A stretch of DNA of 64,000 bases. Origin: Schizochytrium sp. TIO01. Lineage: Eukaryota > Protista > Bigyra: Labyrinthulomycetes. The stretch is from contig SMSO01000035.1 of assembly GCA_004764695.1 (NCBI GenBank), positions 1,426,001-1,490,000 of the forward strand, given 5' to 3'. Under the pieces are notes generated by a model. The model was not told the origin of the DNA and searched no databases. It was given only the letters and a program-made list of their open reading frames with translations. Of the stretch, positions 1 to 11,607 are shown piece after piece. A program made the position numbers and the translations under genes. Each line of letters opens with the position of its first letter. Within the stretch, counting starts at the first letter, position 1.

Positions 1-341
1 CTAATTTTCGCTTTGCCTGACCTGATATATATCGATCACTATATACAGTATATGTTAGTACAAGACAGCGTCAACTAAGAAGGATTACGTTGTCTCTTGT
101 TCTGCGCAAAATTCTGTAAGGTCCATACCAGCACACAAGTAGTATGATAAAGAGATAGCGAATTGAAAATGTTGTGCTTTATAACTAAATAGCATTCTTT
201 CATAGCTAGAGTATACGTGAACATTTTATGTAAACGGAGCTGGAGAACATCACATTCGATTGAGAAAACTAATATGACATTTTAAAAGAATGAAATCACG
301 TCATGCAACCTTAAACCAAGAACAAATTACGCTAAGTCTTT

Positions 342-2267
342 TTATCCTGTAATCCAATTAGAGTACTTTAATACTGGCACAGAACCAAATTTCTTCATCT
401 CGTCCTGAATGCGCCGTGCTTCAGCTTCTTCTTCAGGACCTCCATTGAATTTAAGCGTCATATCATGCTTGTTGAGAGCCTCAAGTTTACGCAGCATTCG
501 AATCGCTAAGTTGTAGGCTTCGTAAATTGATTCCATCACCCATTTGAGAGAATGTACCTTGAAGTGGACTTGCACTTGGTCAACAACTTGCACAGTTCGT
601 GGCGGATCGGAGAAGCGAAACACTTTGTTCGTATAGTCACACGTTTGTACCCACATGTCAGTCATTACTGAAGTTTCTTTGTTCTGCCCCTGTGCAAAAT
701 AATTTAACTCGTAAGCAGTAACGATAAGGTCTCCAAGATGCACTGCAAAGTCAATCACAATCTCTGATGGAGGAGCTGGAGTAAATTCGCATCCGCCGCG
801 AGGATCCGAGGGTCGCAGGACTTGTGGAAAAGTTCTTGGACTTGGGTTCGTCATCACATTGCGTGCTTCTGTTAACGCCACGACAAGATCATGCAGACAG
901 TGTTGGGCATCCAGCGTCTGTTGCTCGGAAGGTGCGCTTGCGTATAGAACATCATCTTCCCCTACTGCTTGATTATCCTGTAAACTTTCTAGGAACTCAT
1001 TGAGCTTTAACACCTGAGAATGTACCTGGTGGTGGACCTCGTAGACCTGATCCAGCATCCAAGGGTGGTTCGGCTGGTGAAGCTGGGTGCGAAATTGATG
1101 ATGAGACCCACTAGAGACAAAACCAGGTCGTCTTGAGACCAAGGATCGAGATGCTTTATGCAAACGTAAGTCTATATCTGCATAGCGGATGTAATACCCA
1201 TCCAGAAGTAATGAAACGTCCATCCAAGTGCTAGAAGAGGTTGAATAAGATACAGATGGTGCAGCCGAGGAAGTTGCCTCACCATGCCCAATGTGTAGAC
1301 CTTTTCGGGTTAAATTTCGAAGGCCGCTAGAGATTGATGTAGGTGACATCCCTGAATGGTTTTGTGTAGATGAAGTGCTGTTTTTAGAATGTCTGTGCGC
1401 CATATGCAAGCCCCCTTCGCAGGCTTTTCTGGCCATAAGCTGTGCCTGCTGCATCTGAAGTTGTGCAATTAGTTCATCACCTGTGGCGGGAGCACTGCCT
1501 AGTGGAGGTGCACTAGGAGGTTCCACCATGGTCGCGGGAGTCGATGCCTCCTTGTTTTTAGCCACGGAAGCGCGACTGGCGGGCCTGTTACGCAGGATAT
1601 GCAATGGGCTTGGTAGTCTCGCAGCTCGAGAACTTGTTGCAGATACACCTGAGGCTATGCTCTGATTGCTATTAAAGGCTTTATTGCTTTCTGGAGTAGG
1701 GGATCGTAGAAGCTGCCGAGAACTTGGAAGTGCAGCAGGACCGGAAGCGGTAGATGATGCAGAAGAAAGTAGGTGATGTCTCTCGAGGTCCCTTCGACCC
1801 CTCTTTATGTTTCCATGTGAAGATGTTTCAGAGTTAGCTGGTACAAGGGAGGGAGTCGCTGGCGATAGTGGCGGGGCTTTAGTGTTGATTCCAAGCGTCG
1901 GTGGCAGCGGCGGGGTACTTCCTCCAGACGATGGGGCCTGGGCAGGGTCAATTTCAAGCATGAGCTGCTCCAGGAGTTTGACGATTTTGCTGAGTGTATA
2001 TGGGAGCTCTTCGTTGATGAGACGGCTGCGAATAGCATTGAGGCTTGCTTGCTCCTGTTCGGAAAGACCACATCTGGAATCAAAATCGCTCTCGCTACTG
2101 GTCTCGCTCATAATCAGCTCGTCGGAGATCGTTCTGCTACCCATGCGACGAGAGAGTTGCCTCACAGGCGAGATGAGACCTGGAACTTCTTCTGTGTTGC
2201 CACCATCTCCACCGCCGCCGTTATCTGCATCCATAGTCGGAAACACGGGTCCTGAGGAGGAGTCCAT
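342..2267 (-). CDS. ROGDI: ROGDI/Rav2-like leucine-zipper protein (RAVE/Rabconnectin-3 V-ATPase assembly factor family) with a long Ser/Pro-rich insertion
   Basis: ORF 342..2438 opens on TTG; the first ATG is at 2267 (MDSSSGP). Segments RLINEELPYTLSKIVKLL, VSLLLDGYYIRYADIDLRL, HPWMLDQVYEVHHQV, LTEARNVMTNP, FTPAPPSEIVIDFAVHLGDLIVTAYEL and VQVVDQVQVHFKVHSL follow the Rogdi_lz motif order as I recall it. Confidence 0.75.
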   Translation of the reverse strand: MDSSSGPVFPTMDADNGGGGDGGNTEEVPGLISPVRQLSRRMGSRTISDELIMSETSSESDFDSRCGLSEQEQASLNAIRSRLINEELPYTLSKIVKLLEQLMLEIDPAQAPSSGGSTPPLPPTLGINTKAPPLSPATPSLVPANSETSSHGNIKRGRRDLERHHLLSSASSTASGPAALPSSRQLLRSPTPESNKAFNSNQSIASGVSATSSRAARLPSPLHILRNRPASRASVAKNKEASTPATMVEPPSAPPLGSAPATGDELIAQLQMQQAQLMARKACEGGLHMAHRHSKNSTSSTQNHSGMSPTSISSGLRNLTRKGLHIGHGEATSSAAPSVSYSTSSSTWMDVSLLLDGYYIRYADIDLRLHKASRSLVSRRPGFVSSGSHHQFRTQLHQPNHPWMLDQVYEVHHQVHSQVLKLNEFLESLQDNQAVGEDDVLYASAPSEQQTLDAQHCLHDLVVALTEARNVMTNPSPRTFPQVLRPSDPRGGCEFTPAPPSEIVIDFAVHLGDLIVTAYELNYFAQGQNKETSVMTDMWVQTCDYTNKVFRFSDPPRTVQVVDQVQVHFKVHSLKWVMESIYEAYNLAIRMLRKLEALNKHDMTLKFNGGPEEEAEARRIQDEMKKFGSVPVLKYSNWITG

Positions 2268-3626
2268 CCCGCTTCTCGACTGCGAAGTAATAAACTGACG
2301 AACCTTCGACAAAGGTGACCTTTGGAGCTTTGCAGAGGTGAAGAAGAGAAGGCAGGACGCAAGTAGTACGTCGTTGAGGGAAGAGACGTTCCTTTCAGGT
2401 CCTCGCTCCACAGTCGAAAGACGTCTTGTCAGACACAAGCAAGGAACACAATCAATCTACCCTCAACTCCGGCTAATCCATGCTGATATTTGATGTATGC
2501 AAAAGATAGTAGGCCTGCCTACTAGTACTAATAAAATACTTTAATATGAAAGAACTGAAGATCAAAAGCAAAGAAACGGACTTGCGAAGATTTTGAAAGA
2601 ACTAAAAGGCGTGAAGGCTTCAAATTTTATCGTCAGTTTGACTCTGGTTGTGTGTCTTTACGTAGGATTGCGCCAAGCCTGGAGTCGATCAGTAAACACA
2701 TGATTACTGAGTGAAAGCAGGGGTTCTTTTTTCTCTTATTTTATTTTCTTCTTTCCGAAAAGTCAATGATCTCCCATGGTAGTCTTACGCTTTCTATGCA
2801 AAGGAGTTTATTTTCTTCAAACGGTACACTAATAAGATTTGCATAAACGCTAAGATGTACACATTGGCAAGTAAAGGTCAGAATGAAACCAAGTGAAGGA
2901 AAATGCCGGCCTTATGCTATTTAAGAAAATAATACACAGGCTTCCTGCGAACAACACGGGGCCAGGAAAGAAGAATACACGCAATAAGAATAAATTCATG
3001 ATGAAGCGAACATTTGACCTGTTCCTACGAAACATGATCTCCCTCAGCAAAGGCGCAAAGTAAACCTGCAAGCCTAGATATACTGGCAGAAACTTATTAC
3101 CTTGATATTGTGCACAGACTGGTAAGCAAGACATTTGATTTGCTCGAAAACTATAGAAAAATACGCTTTGTTCTAGACAATTTGATATGCAATATTTGGT
3201 CAAAAAGATTCCCATAGAGTTCGTGCAGTGAATAAGTTTAAGAACGAAATGAATGCAACAAAGATAAAGGATGCGGGACTTTCTGCTATATGCTAGCACC
3301 AGGGCGGTGCTCCTGGTGTAGTAATAGCAGACTGGGCTCTGTGTTTCGAAGCAACAGCTCAAACAAATTCTACGACTTGAGCTATCACCTTCTCTTCAGG
3401 AGCCAACGGGAAAGCCACATATGATTTACTGGAACTTGCTCGTTCGTCAACGTGCACGCTGTTCAACTGTATCTTTCTTTTCTTAAAACACAACACAGAA
3501 GAGAGAATACGAACAGTTCTAAGAGCGTGCACGCCACAGCAAGATAAATGAAGAGTGCAAACGCATGCCAGATTTGCGACCGCAAGTGGCGATGATAGCC
3601 GGAGCGTCTGAAGCCCGTGCCTCAAC

Positions 3627-5669
3627 CTAATTAAGCTCTTCCTCAAAAGCTTGAAGCTGCTTAATAAAGCCCTTGTTCGGTTTAATAATCGGACGATTCT
3701 TTTTAACCAACGTAAACGCATCATTGTACGAAAGACGGCGAGACTGCATCAAAAAGGCGATGACAATAGTAGCAGAGCGAGATATACCACGTTGGCAATG
3801 TACAAATACCGTACGGCCTTCAGCACGGGCTCGAGCGATGTCAACGCAGGCGTTGGCAAAGTAGTGATGAAGATCGGAACTTTCGTGGTCCTTCACTGGG
3901 ATTCGGTGATATTCAAAGTGGCCTGGAAAAAAGTCTTTAATTTCCTTTGTGACGTTGATAATGGTGGTAACGCCGATATCTTGAAGCATGGAGAAATCTG
4001 ATGCATTGTACTCTGTGCCTAAGTAAAGCCCGGCTACTATGCGTGATGGCGGTTCTTGCTGGCCATAAATTTGAATGATCTTCTCATCAATGAATGACTT
4101 TTTGAAGTTTGACATCATATCGCGTCCGAACTTTGCTTCGAGGCGCTGCATGACTTGCAAAGTTGTGAGTTCATCAAGATTAATGCTAGTTTGCATAATA
4201 TGACGAATCTCATCAATCACCTCCTGCTCTGCCTGGATGATGGCATTCATTGACAAACGGCTATTTACATCGATGTGAGAAGGTCTGCCACGAGAACGGC
4301 TTGCAGGGATCACAAGATGATCATCCTCATCTTCGTCTTCCACAAGTCCCAGCGCTGACATTGTAGTGTGAACAGAAATACTGGTCGCTGCGTCAGTGTC
4401 ATCATCTTCTTCGTCGGAGGTGTCACCTGCATCCTCATTATGCTCATCGATTCCATCATGTGGGACTCGGTTACCTACGTAGCCCAACGAGTTTGGGTCA
4501 AGTATGATACCATCTTCAAGAATACTATCTAACATGTAGCTGCTGTTCTCGATGTCTTCGATATCGTCATCATCCTCCTCATCCAACGAGTCAGCTGTCA
4601 TGGATTCCATCGACGGCTTCGCAGTATACTCTCCGCGTTCGTTCCGTGGGAGCTTGTGTCGAGGCTCTGATTCAAGACCAGGAGGCATGGCACCAGCCGG
4701 GAGACCCTGGAGATAAATTTCGATCCACTTGTGTGAAGGACCTTGCGGGAAAAAGTTGTTATTTTTTGCAATTGCGCGTGCACGCATGAGAGTCATTACA
4801 AGTCTCCACATACTCCGGATTGACACCGTACCAATGCGCATGGAGTCTCCAGCAGATGTTAGTCTAACAAGGCCACGCCCCTTCAGCGAAATACGAAGGT
4901 CTGACCAGATGGGAAAGACCTTAACAATGCTGAGCCGAACGTCCGACGTTGGTGCTTTAGACAGAGATTTGCCAACAAATGATCCAGTATCGCGTTCCAC
5001 ACTTGCACGGCCTGGTGACAACTTTGGCATGCTATCATCCTTTTCACCTCTTTTCCAGGAAAATCTTTTAAGGCTCTTAGTCTTGCGGATGATTTTACTA
5101 GCAGCGTTGAGGCCCTTGCTAGGCTTAGTGTGAGCCCTCAGCACAAAGAGGGCATCCTCCTCAACACCAGAATGGGTTCGGTTAGAGATAAGAGCAACAA
5201 AGTACTCTTTGCGCTGGCGCTTCTTCCCGACCTCAATCATATCCGGCAAACTAGTAGCACGATGCAGAAGACTGCGTCCTACTCCGATACTAGACGTAAA
5301 TTGAGCAGCAGAAACAGTCTTTCCACGATCAGCTCCGCGTTTACTTTTAGGGTCGCTTGGATTTGCAATATCGAGAGCGGTAAGTAACCGACAGATATCG
5401 GATGGCAAAAGAAGGTCCATGAGTGCTTGAAGAACCTCTCGCAAGTACGGATCAACGGTATTCTCTTTCGCATGAATAGTTGATATGCTGCTCATACTAC
5501 TTGAATTGGTGAGTGAAGTATGATCTCCAACATCTGCACCTGCCAAATCCTCTGATTCTGCTACAAACTTGGACGCTACGAAACTGTGCGTAATGAGCGC
5601 ATTGCGGACGCGGACCACATCTACACCGCGGAGGGACTCACGCACCTCATCGAGCTGCTCGCGGCCCAT
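3627..5669 (-). CDS. SSH: Slingshot-type dual-specificity protein phosphatase (SSH-N + DEK_C + DSPc)
   Basis: SSH-N motifs: LQALMDLLLPSD, VFPIWSDLRISLKG, VSIRSMW, NNFFPQGPSHKW. DEK_C-like segment: IRHIMQTSINLDELT...FIDEKIIQIYGQ. DSP domain: PSRIVAGLYLGTEYNAS, active site VHCQRGISRS, and RPIIKPNKGFIKQL. Confidence 0.9.
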   Translation of the reverse strand: MGREQLDEVRESLRGVDVVRVRNALITHSFVASKFVAESEDLAGADVGDHTSLTNSSSMSSISTIHAKENTVDPYLREVLQALMDLLLPSDICRLLTALDIANPSDPKSKRGADRGKTVSAAQFTSSIGVGRSLLHRATSLPDMIEVGKKRQRKEYFVALISNRTHSGVEEDALFVLRAHTKPSKGLNAASKIIRKTKSLKRFSWKRGEKDDSMPKLSPGRASVERDTGSFVGKSLSKAPTSDVRLSIVKVFPIWSDLRISLKGRGLVRLTSAGDSMRIGTVSIRSMWRLVMTLMRARAIAKNNNFFPQGPSHKWIEIYLQGLPAGAMPPGLESEPRHKLPRNERGEYTAKPSMESMTADSLDEEDDDDIEDIENSSYMLDSILEDGIILDPNSLGYVGNRVPHDGIDEHNEDAGDTSDEEDDDTDAATSISVHTTMSALGLVEDEDEDDHLVIPASRSRGRPSHIDVNSRLSMNAIIQAEQEVIDEIRHIMQTSINLDELTTLQVMQRLEAKFGRDMMSNFKKSFIDEKIIQIYGQQEPPSRIVAGLYLGTEYNASDFSMLQDIGVTTIINVTKEIKDFFPGHFEYHRIPVKDHESSDLHHYFANACVDIARARAEGRTVFVHCQRGISRSATIVIAFLMQSRRLSYNDAFTLVKKNRPIIKPNKGFIKQLQAFEEELN

Positions 5670-8600
5670 CGTCTTCTTTTTTAAAAAAAATACACGATCA
5701 GAATCACAGAAGAAGCAATATTAATCTGTAGGTTCTGTATCAACGAAACAGCAGTAAAGACTATTGCAGCCTTACGTGGTTGACCCAAAGGTTTTGAAGC
5801 TTTAGATCTACCTCGAATATTCTCCACGTTTGAGAATGCACTGATCAAAACCAGCAACTCAGTAAAATTGAGCCCAGCTCGCCCACTTCGTTGACAAATC
5901 CTCTTCAGCACGTAATGGAGTCGCCGAATGTACTCGCCACGTGTTGGATCTTCAAACTTGCAATTCCTCTGGTGAGGAGAAGGAGTTGAAGAATAAGGGA
6001 TGCGAACCCTGCAAACAAAAGCAATTGTATATGAGCCACTTCCTCGGTACTTGCAAACTATTCAATTGCCACCAACACCTGTACCAGCACCAGCAACAAT
6101 AGCAACAGCAACAGCAACAACAACAATTCTAACGAGAAGGGGCTCCGCCTCTAATGTCCAGAAAACTTTGCTTCTAATCCTGTCTGCGGTTTCACAGCTC
6201 TAGAAGTCTCCACCAAGTGAGCTGGGTTTGCAAATGTCTCAGTGGTCGAAGGAGTGAACTAGAAAAGTAGAAGAAGCCGTCGCACTGGAAAGGAAGCCTG
6301 AAATCTTGAACGAGAGTCGTCCAAGTTGAGCTTCGATAGACTATGCCTTCTCCCTCCGCTGCACGAGAACCGTGCTGTCGTGCGAAGACCCTTACTCGGC
6401 CTTCTGTGCCGACGTCACGTCGAGTCCGGCTCGCGATGTTTGTTCCCTGCTTTCCAGATCGAGCGAGCGAGCGAGTGAGACCAGAGAGGACTCACGGGAT
6501 TGACGGAAAGAGGACTCGAGGGAGCGAGGGAAAGAATAAAGCGAAAGAGAGGAAAAGGAGTGAAAATAAACAAAGAAAGAAAGAAAAGAAAGAAAAGAAA
6601 GAACGAATGACACAACCCAAACCAGCCCTGCTGCTAGGACAGTGCAAGGCCAGGCGGGCGAGGAAAGTGTTGCTAGATCGAATGAGGGGCAAGACGTAGT
6701 TTGGCCAGTGTCAAACTCACGTCAGGCAGAAGCGAGGCCCACCTTCGGAAGGCGCCCTCGAGTCTGCCTCCGTCCTAATTGAATTTTATTGTGCACGTGC
6801 CTCAGTCTACGAAATCATAATATGTATGTGTACTTTATTTATTGACATTATTGCCTGTTCTACCAACAGTAGGTATGGTACTAAATAAATCATTCCACAA
6901 GCTTTCACGATCATTGCGAAGCAGCTCAATCGACAAGTAATCGATCGCGAGACAAACCTCGATGGCCTCATAGGTACGATGGATTTCTCCTTTCGAACAC
7001 CTTATTATATTATCCCATTCACTCCACGCCGTCAAAGGTGTTTACTTTAGTTTAGTTTCCACTCCGTATTTTTTCCAGTCGTACGTCCTCATAAAGTACT
7101 TCTACTTTCGCGCACTTGCTCACTATAGCATATTTTGGCCTTTTAGGTTCTCTCTTTGGGTTTCCAGCGGCAGTGGCCACCTTGGTGCTGTATGTAGCAT
7201 ATCTGTGTATACTTATTTATTTGTTTATTTATTCATTTATTCATTCATTCCATGGCAGGTATCTTTTTTTGCATGCAAGCACCTAGGTGTACATACATAC
7301 ACTCGTCCAACGCGAGCTTGGGCCTGAATCACCTAGCTAGTGTGTGCAGATGTTAAATGCGAAGACTGTGATGTGATGTGATAGATTGACTTGACTGCTG
7401 ATTGATTACTTTCTCGCGATACTTTCATCGCTACAGAAGCACCAGGTTAGGACGCCCTTATTGTTAATGTTAGGGTTAGACAGTTTGCACACGGATGAAA
7501 GTAATGATACCTGCATACGAGAAGGAGCTAATGAGAGCGAACTTCGTAGCGTGAATCAGGTGAGCAGTAGGCGGAGAGCTTTGTTTTTCTTTGAGCAGGA
7601 TCATGGTCTTCGCTCCCCTATTGGGCAGCTTCGACGAATGCGGGTTTCTCTTTAGTTTTACAAAGCACATCATTGTTTTAATTAACTTTTTTCAGGTATC
7701 AAGATGAGTGAGTCAGCTGGTTCTTTTGTTGGAGGCGATCCGTGCGTGCGCCGCCGCCTCTGTGGCGTGAGCACAGCATCTGCACTCTGGCCCGGCCAAT
7801 GGCTATCGCACGGCGTAGCCTTGGACGCCTGCGGCAACCTAGCAGGTGGCAGGTCTGATCGAATGCTATAGTTTCATTCCGAGCCCTTTCTAAAGCTCTA
7901 TTAATATTTTCACGTGCTCAATCTGCACTACATCCAGCGCACACTCTTTCTTCTTTCGCACAAAAGTAAACTATCTGCATTCTGATACGTGCCAATGAAT
8001 TAATGATGAATCATCATGATTGATAGCTAGCTAGCTAGCTAGCTATAGGTTGTCAGAACATGTGTATGTATGTATGTATGTATGCATGCATGTATTTATG
8101 TATGTATTTATGATATATGCCTCCCTGTGTATGTATGAACCATCCTGCTTGAGGGTCGAGCTCCACGAGGTGATTGTTTGCAAGCTTTCATATCAATTGC
8201 AGGCTTTCATCATCTCTCTTCCTCATTTTTGTTCTTTTTTGTTCTTTTTTGTTCTTTTTTTAATTAAGTGAATTAAAAAGTAAAATAAAAAATAATACAT
8301 AAAGGGGCATCTCGTGTACAAATACATACATAAATGCCAGCCTGCAGATGGCAGAGAGTAGGTACCTAGCTAGCTAGCCATAGCTAGCACGTGGAAGAGT
8401 AGGTACGTAAGTTGTATTGCTCTCTACAGTTTCAACTTTTTAGAGATGGTTGTGCGTCAAGAGCAGACAACCTTCCTTTTTGATGTCCTACTAGGGACTG
8501 ACTACGCACTCCTAACCCACCTCTTGGGCGGGCGTACACCTTGCGCTCTAAGGGTTAGTTATTACCTGCCTAGCAGTAATACGCACCTCCCTGCTTGCTT

Positions 8601-10513
8601 GCCTCTTTTCAAGAACTTCTTTAAGCTGGTGTGCACCCCCTTCGCCAAGAATGGCTGTCTTCCGAAGCTTCGCCGCAAACCTCGGGTCGGCTTGAGCTCG
8701 ACAGACACTTGCATTTAGCATGCCGATTCTGCTCCCTTCTACACCTTCTACACCCAATTCAACTCAAAACACACAACACGAATGCAGTCGAGTTGTACAA
8801 TCTGAAAGAAAGAACAGAAAGCAAAACCCTATGTAGGTGTTAGTAAGTACTATCTAGGAGTTGCCTCGTTCATCACCTCGAAGTTGAAGACGAAGAAGAA
8901 GTTCTTTCTGTGACAAGTCCAAGCGATGGTTCAGGATTGAGCACTCACTCTGAGCGTACGTGTGCGCTCTTTGAGTGCAGTAGCATCGTCATCTCTTATC
9001 ATTGGCGGAGACTATCGTATCTCTTCTACTGTGATTCTAATTGTCCTTGCAATGTGCATCGTAAGGTATTCACTCATTTCACTACCTGTATGTTTGTGTG
9101 TGTGTGTCATGGAGCAATCAATCGGTCGATGTAATTTTAATTAATTCAATCCTTCAGTCGTCGTGCACAAAGTTTGTCTCTGCTCGTCAATCCACCTTCG
9201 CCTCCCTCGCTCGCTCGCTGTTTGTTATCAACCCTTACAGCTTTGCGCAGGCCTCCTCCGCGACTCCAATCTCCAATCGGAACTAGATTGTTTGCAGATA
9301 TATAGATCGATAGATATCTGCTGCATTCTGTCAAATGACAGTTTCTGGACTCCTCAGTCATCACCTCCTCAGAGGCGTTGCTGCAGACGGTCTCGGGCCT
9401 CCTTGCGGGTCAAGCAAGGCTCGCTCTCCAAATCCAACAACTCACCAGCGCAGCGCTCAAAAAATCCCAACGCAATGCGCCACAGACCAACCCAGTAACC
9501 ATCGCAGTCATCAACGATCACCGTGGAAGCAAAAGTACTTCCTATGCTATTGCAAAGTAAATCCATGCACAACAGTAACTAACTAACTAACTAACTTTGC
9601 TTTCTTTCTGTTTCCCGCCTCACTCGTGGCGCGTGTACCTGAGGTGTGCACCCCGACGAGCTGTCGCTTCTTTCCCCCCTGCCCCCTCTTTTTTCCCCGA
9701 GCCCCCGAGCCGCCCGCTTATTTACCGCCTCCATGCCCTCGGGCACTTATCCCACCGGGTCATCTTAGAGAAGGTCTTGTGGGAACGGGGGGCGCTTTTG
9801 ACGATGGAACCAGGAGTTCCAGGTCCTTAAGGAGCCGCGGCTGTCCCAATATGGGGGGAGGGCTTATGTGCCCTAAAGGTTCGCTAGGCCGGAAAGGCCT
9901 CCATCTTGGGCAATGCACCTTAAAGTAAAGGCCCCTGGGTCCTCCATGGCTAAGTAAGTAGCTAGCCAACTAACTACGTAAGCGACTAACTGAGCAGGAA
10001 TCTATTTGGAGAATGAATAGAGATAATAAACATGAGTAAAAATGATAGTAATAAGTCAGAAAATGAACTTAGTTCTACTATGCGAAGAGAGGAGAAAGAA
10101 GAGAAACAAAAGGAAACAATGACTATAACAGCGACAATAAATGACAACCATAACAGAAACAACAGAAACAATAGAAACAACAACGACAACGACAACAACA
10201 ACAACTCGAGCAAGGGAACGGCCACGAGGCCCTTGCTTGTGCCGCTCGCTCGTGCGCAGCTGGCCTGGAGGGAGGACAGCGCGGGGGCTCGTGGCAGCGG
10301 CCGCCTCCGCCGCCGCGATGGCTGTCTGTCTGTCTGTCTGTCTGTCTGCCGGTCTCGAGGCGAGACAAGAAAGCAGGGAATGAGAAGCGTACGAGAAAAG
10401 GAAACCTTCAAAGAATGGGAAAAGAAATCATCGATTCGAGTGTGTTAATTAATAAATAAATATGGCGAATCGATGCAAAGAAAGAACGAAACAAAGAATG
10501 AACAAGGAATTAA

Positions 10514-10570
<57 letters not shown>

Positions 10571-10980
10571 AAAGAAGAGAGAAAGAGAGAGACAAGGAGG
10601 GAGGCCGCCGCAAGTCCAAGCCGTGCGTCTCTCCTTCGCCAGCGCCGCTTCTGCTGGTTTTACTGCCAACAACCCCTCCGCCACCCCTCCCCGTGGCCCC
10701 CGTGGCCTCTCCTTCTCTTTGCCTTCCTGCCTCCCTCCCCGCCACGCCCCTCTGCGATTGCGTCGTTGGCTTTGGCGCTCTTCTTCTTCTCTCTCTTCGC
10801 TCCTTTTCATCAGTCAGTCCTTTCCGCTTCTTTGAAAAACAACCACGGCCCCTCCATCCTATACCCCTCCTAACCAATACCCTAGCACTCCCTCCAATCT
10901 CGTCTTCATCTATTTATTGATCTATTTCTTGTTCATATATATTTATATGTATGCTCCGTTTCTTGCTTTGTTTGTTTGTT

Positions 10981-11047
10981 TGCTTTGTTTGTTTGCTTAT
11001 CTGCTTTGTTTGTTTGCTTATCTGCTTTGTTTGTTTGCTTATCTGCT
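10981..11047 (+). repeat. 21-nt minisatellite (TGCTTTGTTTGTTTGCTTATC) x3
   Basis: Exact copies start at 10981, 11002 and 11023, followed by a partial copy. Confidence 0.9.
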
Positions 11048-11199
11048 AAAAAGCTTTTTCTCTGAGGAGGGAACACATAGTAAATAGCAGAGGCGGAGAA
11101 GGAGTCTGAACCGCCTCATAGTACTCTCATAGAGCTCTCGTTGACGGAGAAAGAATTGGCTTGGAGGTGGAGAGAGAAAAAGAAAAGAGAAAGAGTTGG

Positions 11200-11402
11200 G
11201 AATGAATGAATGAATGAATGAATGAATGAATGAATGAATGAATGAGTGAGTGAGTGAGTGAGTGAGAGAGAGATTGAATGAATGAGCGTGTGAAAGAATG
11301 TATGTATGTATGTATGTTTGTATGTATGTATGTATGTATGTATGTATGTATGTATGTATGTATGTATGTATGTATGTATGTATGTATGTATGTATGTATG
11401 TA
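11200..11402 (+). repeat. Compound microsatellite (GAAT)n-(GAGT)n-(GA)n-(TATG)n
   Basis: Directly visible. It lies upstream of the acidic-protein ORF, possibly in a 5' UTR intron (TTTTGCAG ends at 11577). Confidence 0.95.
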
Positions 11403-11607
11403 TATATGATGTATGTGAAAAGAAGGGTAGAACAAGAGAAAGAATGAATGAGTGAGCGGCAGACTGTCAACGCGATCTACACGAGGTCTACGTGCTGAGT
11501 TTGCGTGCAAAGCTGCGTATTCGAGTGCCCCGAAGTGTCCGCGTGGTTGGCTCGCGAGTTCATCGATAGTTTTGCAGTTTGCCAAGCCTGGAATAGAGTT
11601 TGGCACC

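Noticed and set aside
2850-3724. ORFs of 170 and 121 aa downstream of Slingshot
   Set aside because: Non-ATG or overlapping starts and UTR-like composition.
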